A model generated the notes under the pieces. The model was not told the DNA's origin and did no database searches. It saw only the letters and a list, made by a program, of their open reading frames with translations. This document shows positions 26,301 to 39,177 of a stretch of 64,000 nt of DNA, one piece after another. Both the position numbers and the translations under genes were made by a program. Each line of letters begins with the position of its first letter. Positions within the stretch are counted from its first letter, which is position 1. This stretch comes from Podarcis muralis (Eukaryota), in contig NC_135655.1 in the NCBI RefSeq assembly GCF_964188315.1, forward strand, positions 44,826,001 through 44,890,000, in the 5' to 3' direction.

Positions 26301-27304
26301 TTTGTAGTGTAGATAGTGGATACTGCAGTTACTTAACTCTAGAAGGCCTTCCTAAGTAGTATTTAGGCTGTTTCAAGTGTTAAACAAGCAAAGCAATCAA
26401 CATGCTGTTCCTGTGCTATCTGAAAGAGCAGCAATAACACTATTGTCCTTGTAGCATATTTAGGAAGCTGATAAAAAAGACAGGAAGAGATGTTGACTGG
26501 TCTCTTTGTTTTCACATTTATTTACTTTTTAGTCAGTGTAAAGTAATAGGGAAATAACTTTTCTGCTGCAAAATAGTACTAGTACGAATGTTGTTGGTAG
26601 CTAATGTGTTGCAAAATTCTTGGATCCTTCAGGCTTCTGATGAGATTTAAGTGTGCAACTTCAAAAAATCTCTGCTTGTGATATTCTGCTAAATATTCCT
26701 GATGCTCCTCTTAGTTAAATTCGTATTGTTCAAGTCCCAGGCCATGTCAAATACATGCGGCAAGAGGTAGGGAACCTCCTCCAACCATTGTGAGCCATTT
26801 TGACAGATTGGTGGGTCTGCCCACCTGTCAAATCACTTGATGTCACCCTTTTAAAAAAATCTGAGTCATGAGAGCATAATGGAACAAAAAGTTTTTTAAA
26901 AAAAGTTTTAACATTCAATAGTCAACATGCATGTCTGGGGGAAGGTTTTAAATATGCCCAGACAACATATCAGGAGAGCTAAGACAAGCTAGGAAGAAAT
27001 GATAGATTGTGAGGAGGAATGTAAAGGTAAAGATGGAGGATGGAATCTTTTGTGTCAGGTTCAGGGGATGGGAGTGGAATGGTTTAAACTTTAAAGGGAA
27101 GAGCTGTGACAGAATGTTGTGGGCTGTGCACTACATGATAATTAGCCAAATTTTAACTGATGTTATTGACTCATTAAAATTGCCTGCCACCCTGGAAGTA
27201 ATACGCTAGGTATGGGTGGACATTTTCAGAGGAACCTATTGCTTCTGAGGAAAATATGACATTGTTTCTGAATTATTATTATTACTGTGGTCATTTTGTT
27301 TGTT

Positions 27305-27682
27305 GCGCTGTGGTCTAAATCACTGAGCCTCTTGGGCTTGCCGATCGGAAGGTATGGGGTTTGAATCCACATGATGGGGTGAGCTCCCATTGCTCTGTCC
27401 CAGCTTCTGCCAGCCTAGCAGTTCAAAAGCACACCAGTGCAAGTAGATTAATAGGTATTGCTGTGGCGGGAAGGTAAACAGCGTTTCCCTGTGCTCTGGC
27501 ACTTGTCACGGTGTTCCGTTGTGCCAGAAGCAATTTAGTCATGCTGGCCACATTACCAGGAAAGCTGTATGTGGACAAATGCCAGCTCCCTTGGCCTGAA
27601 GGCGAGATGAGCTCCACAACCCTATAGTCGCCTTTGACTGGACTTAACCATCCAGAGATCCTTTACCTTACCTTTTTACCTT
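27305..27682 (+). mobile_element. Sauria SINE (diverged) in SNAP23 intron 1
   Basis: GCGCTGTGGTCTAAA..GGGGTGAGCTCCC..GTGCAAGTAGAT..GGGAAGGTAAAC..CATGCTGGCCAC..CCTTTACC tail; homologous to the copy at 55921. Confidence 0.85.
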
Positions 27683-27754
27683 ATTGTTGAAAGTTGTGAC
27701 TGTGGCAACTTTTTAGGGAGGCCATAAGCTTTATCTATGGGAAGTGCTAATGTA

Positions 27755-28004
27755 CCGTATTTTTCGCTCTATAAGACGCACCAGACCACAAGACTAGTTT
27801 TTGGAGGAGGAAAACAAGAAAAAAAATATTCTGAATCTCAGAAGCCAGAACAGAGGGATCGTTGCGCAGTGAAAGCAGCAATCCCTCTTGCTGTTCTGGC
27901 TTCTGGGATAGCTGCGCAGCCTGCATTCGCTCCATAAGACACACACACATTTCCCCTTACTTTTTAGGAGGGAAAAAGGGAGTCTTATAGAGCAAAAAAT
28001 ATGG
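27755..28004. mobile_element. Pogo/Tigger-like (Tc1/mariner superfamily) MITE
   Basis: TIR CCGTATTTTTCGCTCTATAAGAC...GTCTTATAGAGCAAAAAATATGG with TA flanks. Confidence 0.85.
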
Positions 28005-29287
28005 TAATTTTTTATATTCTGATTTGATTCCCTGTTGGTATTTTTCTCTCTCAAGAACTAGAGGACCCTAAATCAACAAAATTATATCTTCTGAATAAGA
28101 TACTAACTGAAAAAGATAGCATTGCACAAAGGAATAGCAGTTCATTTTTTAGGATTACAGCAACAAAATTCAGCTTTAAATTTTGTTTAGCAATTATAAT
28201 GATTTATAAGAAAAAAAGAGGGAGTGGGGGTGTTTTTTGTCGAAGTCTTAACAACACAGTGCTAAAAATCAAGGGGAAACACTAGGGTGTTTTAAGAGCT
28301 GAAATCACTGTTGCCAGCAAGCCTCAAATTCCTAAGATAGTAAACAACTGAGGCAGAGTAACAATAATTAATACCTTCTGACTCCTAGGTGGAAGAACAA
28401 ACTTGATTTTTGTTTGTGGTAGAAATTGGGAAACATCTTTTCTGCATGTGGGTAATTATGTCATTCTGCCTCTGCATACTCCATATTCTCCATTCTCTCC
28501 TAGATTCACCCTTGTAGGTTAACATAGCAATTTTGCCTCCTGCGCTTTCATTTCAACAGAAATGAAACCGTTTAAAACAGTTAAATATTTGCCTTCCTCA
28601 GTTGTGCTGTCTTGGACTAGACTAGAGCAAAAAATCTAGAGGGCTCAGAATTACAGAGGCTAAAAGTGAGGAGCAAAGAATTAGGGAGTGTTAAGATGTG
28701 GATGAGGTGGGGGCTTTACAGCCTGCCATTTTCTTTGTTTGGTCCCAGCTGCTGCACTTGTTATATGATATAAGAATGTGTTTTGCTTTGGGGTGAATGG
28801 GTTACACTTGTTATCTGTGTCTTGCCTGATTCCAGCTATTATAGTTATCTTTCTTATCAGGTCACCGAAAAATGGGGCTGGGCTAAACTTGGTCTTTTCT
28901 CATTCCTTCATTTGACTAATCAAGTAAAAGTGCAAAACCTCATTTAAACTTCTTACTGACCGAGGTGCCTGTGTGAATGGACACTGCTTTTATTAAATTA
29001 TACCTTTTAAGCAATCAACATATCTCCAATAGGGGCTATTTCATTATGGCTTTTCCCTGTATATTCCAGTCATTGATTGATATTGAAATTTTAAATTGTG
29101 TGTTCCTTGTCCTGAGACCTGAGAATTGAGCTGAATGTAAATATAATAGGAACTGTGTTACCACATCTTTAGAGCACTTGTATCGTTTGACATTTATTAG
29201 AATTCTGCTTGTAAATGATGTATTCTTTGTTACAGAGGAAATACCATTGTTTGTGTATAGTCAGAGATCAGAAAATAAGTGTTAATC

Positions 29288-30254
29288 ATGGCTGAGCTGT
29301 CGCCTGATGAAATTCAACTGAGAGCCCATCAAGTTACAGATGAGGTAATTATATTAGATTATTCTCTTTCTCCTGTGCTTGTGTAGTGGAAAGTAGACCT
29401 CACATTAAAGAAAGCTATTTAGGATGCACAAAGCCCTATCATAGTAAATGAGATTTGCTGTCCAAAATGGTTTCTGTACCACTGAAGAAAAAACCTCTCT
29501 CAATACGTCAAGCTTTTAATTTAGAAAACAAAAATACTGTTTTCAGAATATTGCTATTTGAAATGAACAATATAACCTAGTAGGATCTATTTAGATTCAG
29601 GAATATAACATCATGCTCATTTACATGAAACTCTATATATAGTGTGATTACTAAATGTCTTTATAAGTCCATATGGCTGAAGATAAATCTCTTTTTTGTT
29701 TTAGTCTTTGGAAAGCACAAGGAGAATCCTTGGCCTGGCCATTGAGGTAAGGAAAAGCTTTTGCGGGAGTGAGGGATGAGGAAGAACAAATTGAATTGTT
29801 TGAGAGCAGTTCATTCCTGCAGTCCTGTTCCCAGCTGTTGCTATTTTTAAAGCATGTGGGTGCCATTATGAGGCATGTGTAGATTATGACTATGGATGGA
29901 ACAGCTTTGAACTTTAAATATTTGCATTGCTGCTGTATTTAGGGTTCAAATTCAAAATAAATTAGCTGTCAGATACTTGCATCTGAATTGCTCATCTTCT
30001 GCAAGATTCTGAACATACTGTTAAAAAATGGGCTTCCTTGAGGTTTACCTGGTACTAATGCAAATGGTGTACTCTTCACTAGAAACTGTAGAATGGCCTG
30101 TTGTAATCCAAACTTGTGTCCAATTCTAGCATTAGATTTTGCTGGTTTTGTACCTCCTATCATTTTTTTTCTTCCTTACAGTCCCAAGATACAGGAATCA
30201 AAACCCTCACCATGCTAGATGAACAAGGGGGTGAGTTGTGCATGTGTAATAATA

Positions 30255-30300
<46 letters not shown>

Positions 30301-33300
30301 TAGATAAGATAGAGTGAGTGATGGCTCTTACGTTGGCTTGCTCAATACGATCTTTGTTGGTTTCAGCCTGGAATACAAAACATAGCGTAAGACTGCTACC
30401 AAACTAGAAAGATGGAAAAAAGCTGTTTATATCATGCTGTGAATCAACCATTTCTTCAAGAGCTGGATTAGAATAAGTTTGTTTGGTAGTATTATGGCTC
30501 GGGTTATCTAAAATATATTGCGTGCAGCTTGCAGTATTTTTTTACTTCAGTTTTGAGACCTGAGGCACATGAATATTGTTTCTTTGTTTGTTTACCCGCC
30601 CTTCAACTTAAGATCCAGGGATGAGTTGCAACATTAAAACACAACATTAAAAACAGTTTAAAACAAATTACAATAGTAAAAAATAAGGTGCGTTCTAAAA
30701 CTATGCACCTCAAGTGTCAAAAGCCAGGGTAAATCGGTGTGTCTTCAGCATCCTCCAGAAACTGTATAATGAATTTGCCAGATGCACCTCTGGGGAGGAA
30801 GTTCCACAGCTTAGGGGCCTCGACAGAGAAGGCCCTCTCTTGCTCCCCCACCCCAAACCTCTGAGGGTGAAGGAACTACCGAGAGGGCTCCCTCTGCTGA
30901 ACCCAGGATCCGAGAGTGTCTGTAGGGAAGAAGGCGGTCTTTCAGATATTTGGGGCCTGAGTCCACCCAGGTGTGGATACTAGTGTGATTCACTTGCATA
31001 TTATTGGTATTCAAAAAAAGTTTCTCTTGCAACTCCAAAGATACTTTTTAATGCATTTCCTTGGGGTTTCCCCCCCCCTTTTTTTTTTTAAAGAAGCATT
31101 TTGAACACAAACCGTTAAAGTTCTCATCTGAAGATCAAGCATCTTGCAGCATTTAAGTTCTCTAAAATTCCTTTTTCTTTATACTTTTCTTAGAACAGTT
31201 AACCCGTATAGAAGAAGGAATGGACCAGATAAACAAAGACATGAGAGAAGCTGAGAAGAACTTGACAGAGCTCAACAAGTGTTGTGGTCTCTGTGTCTGT
31301 CCTTGCAATAGGTCAGTTAAAGGCAGGTTGATGAATTCCAAAATTCAAGGGGAAAAATTGAGGCCATTGAGAAATGCTCAGAATATCAAAATTGGGAGGT
31401 TTTTTTAAACTGGTGTGCTTTAGACTATTTCCCCAAGTTTAAGTGGAAGTTCTAAATTTTTTAGTAGTACAAATTCCTTGAACCTGATTATGTGTAAGGG
31501 CAAAAGAAAAAGTAACAATAAACGCTTGGATGACCTTAGTTGCCATTATTGAATGTTTTGCGTATATATTGCTCAGTGCCAGTAGTGGTACCTCAGGTTA
31601 CATACGCTTCAGGTTACATACCCTTCAGTTTACAGACTCTGATAACCCAGAAATATTGCTTCAGGTTAAGAACTTTGCTTCAGGATGAGAACAGAAATCG
31701 TGTTCCGCCGGCGGCGGCAGGAGGCCCCATTAGCTAAAGTGGTGCTTCAGGTTAAGAACAGTTTCAGGTTAAGTACGGACCTGCGGAACGAATTAAGTAC
31801 TTAACCCGAGGTACCACTGTATTGTTTGTTACTGTTAAAATAATAACTGGTTGGTATGGTTAAGGTACAGATTTCACACACAAGCACAGCGTAGGTTGAC
31901 TAGAAGCAAGGAATATTTGGAAATGCTTTGAGAGCTTGGCAGGCAGGAGTATGATATACATTCTAAATACCTGTTTTCTTCTTCCTTTTGCTATCACATT
32001 CTAACTCCTTTTTCCTGGAGAGTGCTTAGCTTGTTTGAGGGCTTTTGTGATAGTTCTAAATATTCTTATTTTGACGTATGTACATTTGAGAGATCTTTAT
32101 GGAATCTATTTCAGTTTGCTTAAGTAGAGGAAGAGGGACAATATAACCTTCTTCTAGTAATTTTGGGATGGTCTGGCCTTAACACAAGTAGTAAATACAG
32201 CACTCACAGAATTAAGTTTCAGTACTAACCCCACTTACATGGAAGTGACCCCCATTGAATTTAGTAGGATCTTCTTCTGAGTAGATGAGGGTTGCAGTCT
32301 TAATCGTTTTTTCCTTTTCCCTGTGTTAGGGTTAAGCTGCTTCCCCCCCCCCCCCCTAAACACAAACATAATCTCAGCTGTACTTTTGAAATAGTTTGTT
32401 TGCTAACAACTATTTATCTGTTTGCTGGTCTTACTGCTCACTCTTTTCTCATTCTCTCTCCTAACCACCCCTCTTTTCCTTGCTTAATAAAATGAAGATT
32501 TAGCAGCAGAGGTTGGATTCGCTTAACTGGTCAAAGTGGACTTTAGAAAAAGGTCAATCTTATGAAGCAGCCTGTACTGTTAACCAGCTGCCTGAAGGTG
32601 ATGTTCTAACTGGGTGCATATATGCATGTGCATGCTGTCTTAACACGCAAGCTATTTTGTGATGGTCCGTAGTTGTGTTTGTATCTGTGCTATGTCGCTT
32701 ATAGATTGTGTTTAAACTACTTGTTCTGGCCTCATAAACCTGAAATAGTCTTCTAGGATGATACTATTGGATTTTGGATTTTGTTTTGGGAAAAATGGTG
32801 GATTGTATACAGTTGGAGGAATATTGTGAAATGACACTAAAAGCTAACAGTGGGGGTTTTCTAGTCACTGTTAGCTCACATAAAGTTGCAAAACTGCATT
32901 TGTTTTTAGAAATTATTTCCCATATCTCTATACCAGGGACGGGGAACCTATAGCTCTCCAGATATTGTTGGACTCCAGTTCCTATCATGCTTGAGTGCTG
33001 ACTGAGACTCATGGGAGTTGGGAGTCCAAGAACATCTGGAGGACCACAGATTCCCAATCCCTCATGTATACTATTCCGTGAATCATTATCTTACATACAA
33101 CTTGTTAAAAACTCTAGTGGTGATTTGAATTTGGTCATACAATATTAGAATTCTGAACTACTGATACTCTATTCATCTGTTCCAAAAATATAATGCTGGG
33201 AGATTATACATTATTTCTTCTTAAACACGCATTGTAGTCCTATATCTTAGACTGTAATTTGGTTGATTTTCTTTAACATAGCAGCCATTAGTAGCAACAA

Positions 33301-36300
33301 TGAGGCTGAGGAGTAAGAAAACAGTTCGGGTACCAAAGCAGCTCGAGATTTAAATATAACATACAAACTTTAGAAAAATAAAATGGTTGTGTTTATTTTT
33401 GTATAAGGTTGCTTCCAGTGTGAAATTATTTGTCTTAAATTCACTTGCTGTATGACATTTTTGGTGCACACACAAAGCTCAGTGCAAATGTAAAGAATGT
33501 GTATTTGAAAACATGAACACACATCAGGAAGTCAGGATTGGTTGGGTCTCGCTATGGCATTTTCTGTGGCAAACCTGGGGCTATTACTCTTGTCATGTAT
33601 GAAACAGTCCTTTCTATTACTAGTTATATTGCATATTAGGTTTGTTAAAACTTTGTATCTTTGATCTAATAATGTGCGGTCTGACTTTTCTTGTAGAACA
33701 AAGAATTTTGAGACTAGCAGAGCTTACAAGACAACATGGGGTGATGGTATAGAGAATGATCGTGTAGTGTCTAAACAACCAGGGCGTGTTGCAAACAATC
33801 TGCAACAGAATTCGGGAGGAACAACATCTGGAGGCTACATAAAACGGTAAGATACTTCTCCTGCCCACTCCTGAATATTTATAGGACTAAATGCTTTTCT
33901 CCGCAATAGTAGTGACTGCATTTTGAAAAGCTTAAGGACAAACATTTTGACCTGGTCCACACAATCAAATCTTTGCTTCATTAGCCAGGATATACATAAG
34001 CTTCATGCAGTTGCACACAGCTGCTGTGCTCCCGATTCCCTTTTCCCTTTTCCCTTTGTGTGAGTGGGGGAAACAAGCGAAGAAGCCATAGTTAACCACA
34101 GCATCTCATTACTTTTGAAGCAGGAACTATGGTTAATGAATTCCAAATAATTCAGAATATGAAGTCATGTTTTAAAGTTGACTTGTGAATCCTGGCTTGA
34201 CTGGAAGCCATTAATCACCCAATTTATAACTAGAAGCTGTGGTTAATAAAGGGAAGTTTTCCTTCTGCCCATACCTGCTGCATTTTGGGGAAGCCTTGCA
34301 CCCCTTTTCTCTTGCATTCTGGGAAGTCTTGCTTATAATCTTTTCCCTGCTTTTGCACACACTGTACAGTTCTGTTCTAAACACCAAGACATTCCCTCCT
34401 TGCTCAGCTCACCCTAAGTTCATGATGACTTGTTCTTTATGCCTAGCTGACCACATCTACAGAACTTGATTGTTATATTGTTTCATGTTATGATCCATCA
34501 TTAGTAATTGTTTGCGCCATATTAATCTCTAGGAGGCTTCATGCCTGTCTAGTTCTAGCTTCGATTCCCAGCCTTTAATCCATCGATAATAAATGATCAC
34601 ACGTAATCCCCACCTCTCACATGTAATTCCCGCCTTATGCTTATGTATCAACCAATCAGCAACAAGCACACCTGTGGCAATGTTTGTAATATTCAATAAA
34701 AGAGGCTCCCAGGGTCCGCCCTGACCAGACGCCTCATGTTACACCTGCCTCTCTCGTCTCCTGTGATTTTTCATTCCTACAGGTTAACTACCATTTCTGG
34801 AATCTTTTCTACTTTACACCAAGGGGCTTTCCACGGGTTCACAGAGCTTCTGATTTGATCATTCAAACATGGCTATTCTGTGTAATTCATGAGATCATTC
34901 TGAGACACTTCTAGTAGATCTATAGTGTCTCTAGGTGATTATATCACTTTCTGATTCAATTTTTCAAACAAACTTGCGTAGAAACCTCCATAGCAGAAAA
35001 TACTTCTGAAAACTTGGGATGCGATAACATTCAGGAGAAAGGAATTTGGGATTTCTCAATGTTGGTTTCCCTTGATACTTTCAACAGGATAACAAATGAT
35101 GACAGAGAAGATGAAATGGAAGAGAACCTAAATCAAGTTGGAAACATATTGGGGAACCTGAAAAATATGGCCGTGGAGATGGGCAACACAATTGATACAC
35201 AAAACCAGCAGATAGATCAGATAAACATTAAGGTAAGAAACAAAGAATTCAACTATTGATGTCTTAATGTTGGTAAATCTAGTGTCCAGGTGGACAAGTT
35301 AATAAGTCTTCAAGGCCACAGTGCTAAGCTGTAGCCAGATACAATGTGCTGTTATATTTGTTGTTGTTTTAGTTTTCTACACACCACTTAAATATATTTT
35401 TATATATTGTGATAGAGAAGTGGTCTAAACAAAAACACATTCCAATTTAGCAACAGGCTATAGCCCCTTTGCATGCATAAGTTAATATCCTTGTACCCAG
35501 ATGATGGGTCCTGCAACTAGATAGGATTAAACCTGATCTCATGGCAAACTCTCCTGGTTGTGGTCCTTACATATAGAAACAGTGATTATCTCAGACAGAA
35601 TTCTTGTCCCACTGTTCTAGCACTCGGTGTAGAAAATCATGATAAACATTATACTGATAGGCTGAGATATAATATTCAATATGCCTTAGATTTTTAATCC
35701 CAGTGTTAAGCAGCAACAAAAATAAGAAAAGCAAAGTACATTTTCAAGAAATCATGGAAAGAAACCTCTGTTCAACTCTGTGCTTGAATTGTTTTGGTTT
35801 GTTTTTTTACCAAAATCAGAGGTATCATAGTTATTTAGGAACATGATATAAGACCTGGAAGACCTTGATACAGATCTCCTAAGTTATGAATACAATTAAG
35901 TGACTGTGGTTTACACAAAAGAATACAGCACTATTTCCCTGCCTTGGCTTCTCCCATGCTCCCAGTAATATGGGTGTGAGAATACTGGCCTACTTTACTT
36001 AGCTAAATATTGCTCTTTATTATATATGTGTGCTACATATTTCCTAATAATTTGATCATATCACAATTACTGCCACTAAACAGTTAACTGAATAGGAAGG
36101 TTTAGCTGCTTTTGGAAAACACTCTGGCATAGTTTGGGTTGGACTTTCTTGAAGCAGGGTGTGCCAAATATGGAGAGTGGTCCCAAGATTGTCTCCCATC
36201 ATGGTTTTGCTGTTCTTAAATTACAACAGATCATGGAGAAGGAAGTTGGCTCAGATACGTAAGGCCCAACCCCTTTAGGTCTTCATTCATGAAAACGAGT

Positions 36301-36713
36301 GCATTGAATTTTGCTCTTCTAGAACACTTCTAGAAGCCAGCTTAAATCCTAAACTGCTGGTGTAATAGTCAGCCAGTGGCCAGTTCACCCATGGTCCAAA
36401 GCATTTCTTCCAGTACTTTAAGCATATCTTCATTGGTAGGTGGTATTTGCTCTAAATTCTGAATGAGTTGCAGGAGTGAAAGGCTTTTCTGCTCAGATGG
36501 CTTCAAGCACCACTTAACTACTGACTCACCATAATATCAAACTTATTCTGAGCCAGCTCCTGAAGAAATGGTTGAATCACAGTATGATATAGTTTGTTTT
36601 CATCTTTCTAGTTTAGTAGCAGTCTTATGCTATATTTTGTATTCCAGGCTGAAACCAACAAAGATCGTATTGAGCAAGCCAATGTAAAAGCCAAAAAACT
36701 CATTGAAAATTAG
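29288..36713 (+). CDS. SNAP23: Synaptosomal-associated protein 23 (Qb/Qc SNARE), 208 aa, complete
   Basis: Exons 29288-29344 ([19 protein letters not shown]), 29705-29746 ([14 protein letters not shown]), 30182-30230, 31194-31311 (...[13 protein letters not shown]), 33697-33846, 35088-35232, 36648-36713 ([21 protein letters not shown]). Total 627 nt, all GT-AG. The five-Cys palmitoylation cluster and synteny identify SNAP23 rather than SNAP25. Confidence 0.97.
30256..30299 (+). repeat. (TAGA)11 microsatellite
   Basis: Read directly; starts 25 nt after the SNAP23 exon 30182-30230 donor. Confidence 0.95.
30585..30980 (-). mobile_element. L2 LINE 3' end fragment
   Basis: Reverse-complement L2 tail pattern (AAAGCCAGGGTAAA..GTCTTCAGC..GGGAGGAAGTTCCACAGC..GAGAAGGCCCTCT). 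Confidence 0.65.
31583..31819. mobile_element. Tc1/mariner-type MITE, family A, copy 3
   Basis: (T)AGTGGTACCTCAGGTT...AACCCGAGGTACCACTG|TA; colinear with the copy at 11183. Confidence 0.9.
32940..33062. mobile_element. Palindromic short MITE (CTCCAGAT...ATCTGGAG family), diverged
   Basis: Inverted arms GGGAACCT..CTCCAGAT..TTGGACTCC..TCC and GGGAGT..GAGTCCAAG..ATCTGGAGG..TTCCC; related to 52713-52840. Confidence 0.65.
34471..34781. mobile_element. Solo-LTR-like sequence in SNAP23 intron 6
   Basis: TG...CA ends, internal CCAAT (about 34652) and AATAAAA (about 34695), composition distinct from the flanks. No TSD or PBS found. Confidence 0.35.
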
Positions 36714-39171
36714 CAGCCTGCTTCCAATTCTTTATCCAACTGAAGACGTCCATTTTAGACTACAAACCTCAATTTCCAAAGAAGAAAGATGGCAGGATTC
36801 AGAAGAGGGAACAAAGCAGGGCAATGCATCATATGGCTTCTTTTGTTGCTTGTATACAGACTCGGTTTGAGAATCCAGGAAAATAGCACAACAGAGACTT
36901 GGCTTTCTTACTCTTTTTAATATATCCTCAGGGTTTCGTTTTCTGGCTTCAAATGTTTCCATGGTACCTTCTCCCCCTTTTGCAGTAAGATGTGTGAGTG
37001 TGAGGCAACTGAGCAAAGGCAGAAGAGGATGCATTCAGTGAATGTCATTACCTCACTCAATATTTCATGTCATCACTAAAATGGTGGATGAGTAATTTTC
37101 ATGAACTTTGTCTTAAAGCTGGCCTTAGTTTACAAAACACCTAGATTTCATGGTCAAACCATACATGATGGGGGGTGCATTTTATATTCTTATAATTGGA
37201 ATGTGTGGTTCAGCAACTACTACTTTTGAGAATGGGGCTTTAAAACACATCATTGTTGGCATTCAAGATATATATATATATATAGGAGAGAAGTACGTTT
37301 TCTGAGCCATAGCAATTCTCATTTGGATAACAAGGGGATGAGTAGTCCAGCTGCACACAAAAACCCCTGTATAGTTGGACATGGGACTCTCACAAAACTT
37401 TTAGGAGTTTATCCCCCATTTTATTTCGGAAAAACTGGGTGTTTGTCACCAATCCTACTAGTTATTGCTCTACCCAGACATACTTTCTGGTGGCCGAAGG
37501 ACCTAGGAGAGGTGAAAGGGCTTACACAGCACCTAATGATCAACTCAGGATTCCAAGCAAAACACTTCCAGGTGAAGAGCTCTGTTGCAGATTATTGTAT
37601 GAGTTGTCAGAAAACATCTTTTCCTTTTCTTGGTAAATGCTGCATATTCTTTGGATGCTGGTACTGCTGAAAAGAGATTTTGATCTGCAAAATGTTCCAT
37701 CAAAAAGCAACGTTTGGAAAGTTACGCAGAGCTTAAGGTTGAGTGAAAACTATTTTGTAATGCTGTTTCCTAAATAAATTCGTCCTTCCCTACACAAACT
37801 ATGAATCTAGTTGTGTACCAAAAAGCCGACATCTGGAGACCAGCATCTTGAGATATTTATTTGGAGCAAAACACTTACAGGATTTCTAGAGATACATTCA
37901 AAGCAGGGCACAATCTAGTTTCCAATGAGAACAAAAGCTGTGGTTGTTACAATGAGTTCGCATCTGCTGTGGCTTGATAAAACTCCGTTCTTTAAATAGT
38001 TTTGAATTGACTACAGTTGTGTGCTCACCTGGTTTCCTTCAGCAACTCATTACAAAATAGTTGTCTCGTCTTTTTGTTGGAACCATATGCGTATTCAAGC
38101 TTCAAACCTGTACTGAAATACAGTATGTGAAAGACTGAAGTCAGTATTGAAACATAGCTTTGCTGCTTCTATCTTTCTTATCATGAGACTGAACTTGTGT
38201 TTATTTTACAAACTTTAAAGCTGTGGCTTGGCTGTAGGTTATGCCTGCTCTACAAATTGTGATCCCTCAAGCTTGAATGTACACCATCAACTATGTGTTG
38301 TGCCTTGCTATGCCCTTGTGAACTAAGCCTTTTGTGTAATCCTGAAGCAGGTGGCAAAGCTTGGAGCCCATGAGGAACTGCCATTCGTGGCTTCTGGAAT
38401 ACATTTAAATTGATGGGTTGCAAGTTTTGCAGGCCTTCTGTAGTGAGTACTTAGCATATAACCTTCAGTTCATTTCTGTTTCAGGATGAAGGTGCTTGAT
38501 TTAGCTTTCTTATAGGACTGGTTCAATGAAAAATGTTACAATTCCAAGGATTCTCAAGAAAGTTTTAGTTCACTCTTCTAATTAAGAGTTCACCAAACAG
38601 CATTGGAATCATTTTGTTTTCTAAAGAGATATGGACTTAGTGCTTTGTGCTGCTATATGTTTAAGCTGAGTATTTTTTATCATATGTAAAAATTATAAAC
38701 TGATCATAATTTGAGGGTAGAGCGTAGTTCGCAACCCTTCCATAGAAGAAAAAAAATAGTTCATGTAGACGGTTTCTGAGTGCTTTTTCTTTCTAAAAAG
38801 ACTGCCCAGTAAATAGCAGTGCCTTGTGGTGGTTGCTGCAGTAGTCTTTTAAGTCTTGCCAGACAAGAGCTTAAAACAAATTGGCTCATTGTATTGTCAC
38901 TTCCCATAGATGACAAGAGGATACCTCATTTTTCTGCCACTCTGCATATCAATTCCAACTGAGCCATAATTTTTTTTATAATAAGACAAAGCTCAGTCTT
39001 CCATGTAACCTCCTGTCAACAAGGGCGAGGTGGTAATTCTAGCTGGTTAGGGTCGAAACTGCGCACATCACTGTCGGTTTGTTTACTTGTATTAGTAATA
39101 GTAATAGTGAAACATACAATCCTCAAAGCTGGAAATGGCAGTTCACACACTAAACCTTACTAGTCTATGGA

Positions 39172-39177
39172 AATAAA
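39172..39177 (+). terminator. Candidate SNAP23 polyadenylation signal AATAAA
   Basis: AATAAA about 2.45 kb after the stop, followed by GT/T-rich sequence. An earlier AATAAA near 37773 is an alternative. Confidence 0.45.
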
